From: a bacterium
GTDB taxonomy: Bacteria > Patescibacteriota > Microgenomatia > UBA8517
Direction of reading: 5' to 3'
Assembly: GCA_021790215.1 (NCBI GenBank)
Contig: JAJYIG010000001.1
Coordinates: 194 to 64,193, forward strand
Length of the DNA stretch: 64,000 nt
Shown: positions 63,905 to 64,000 of the stretch, piece by piece
How positions within the stretch are numbered: position 1 is the first letter of the stretch
Layout: the number at the start of each line of letters is the position of its first letter
Translations under genes and position numbers: made by a program
The notes under the pieces: generated by a model
Databases searched by the model: none
Told to the model about the DNA's origin: nothing
Seen by the model: only the letters and a program-made list of their open reading frames with translations

Positions 63905-64000
63905 CTACTTGGATTTAGAGATTATCGAGGAAAGAATGTTTCTAAGCTCTACACACTCTTTAATTAAATTTTTGAATTCAGAATCAAATTCAGAATTGGC
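63905..64000 (-). CDS. 3' end of a probable four-helix-bundle (TIGR02436 / 23S rRNA IVP-like) protein, partial
   Basis: Minus frame reads ANSEFDSEFKNLIKECVELRNILSSIISKSK*, matching the L-E-EL-I-SI C-terminal helix of this family. Not in the ORF track. Confidence 0.6.
   Translation of the reverse strand, partial: ANSEFDSEFKNLIKECVELRNILSSIISKSK

Noticed and set aside
63801-64000. CRISPR array or diversity-generating retroelement at the right edge
   Set aside because: Repeats are degenerate 7-mers without spacers. No reverse transcriptase or TR/VR pair is visible, though the sequence beyond the edge is unknown.
1-64000. Alternative genetic code 25 (TGA = Gly)
   Set aside because: Conserved genes such as murF, murD, ftsA and murE end at TGA at their expected C-termini, and no conserved gene is interrupted by TGA.

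Overview
Gene-dense, mostly minus-strand 64 kb window from a reduced-genome bacterium using genetic code 11 (TGA is a stop). Gene content and style (almost no Shine-Dalgarno motifs, -10 hexamers sitting right before start codons, many glycosyltransferases, DUF4012) fit a Patescibacteria/CPR organism, probably Microgenomates; this is inference. There are three blocks. (1) 164-27461: rodA, ileS, a decayed Rpf-like transglycosylase, and a division/cell-wall (dcw) cluster: mraZ-rsmH-ftsL-ftsI-murA-yvcK-murE::glmU(N)-murC::murB-murD-murI-[murF-alpha/beta hydrolase-DegT-like PLP enzyme-FemABX]-mraY-ftsW-murG-ftsQ-ftsA-ftsZ, with no ddl. (2) 27514-36379: mixed housekeeping genes (glyQS, tspO, LCP, Fe-S PD-(D/E)XK nuclease, cupin, a small Cys-rich ORF, RNase H-like protein, znuBC, recO). 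(3) 36420-63800: a ~27 kb surface-glycan locus with DUF4012, a priming phosphoglycosyltransferase, manC, 6 GT4, 4 GT2, 5 GT-C (ArnT/PMT-like) membrane transferases, Wzy/WaaL-like and Wzx proteins, an acetyltransferase, AsnB and peptidase S51. The window ends in heptamer repeats and the 3' end of a four-helix-bundle gene. The best candidate for an undescribed system is the promoter-bounded murF/hydrolase/PLP-enzyme/Fem cassette inside dcw, together with the non-DAP MurE motif and the MurE-GlmU(N) fusion. Several families of short palindromic and heptameric DNA elements also recur, some in frame inside genes. No rRNA, tRNA, CRISPR array or transposase was seen. All product calls come from motif recognition by eye, not database searches.
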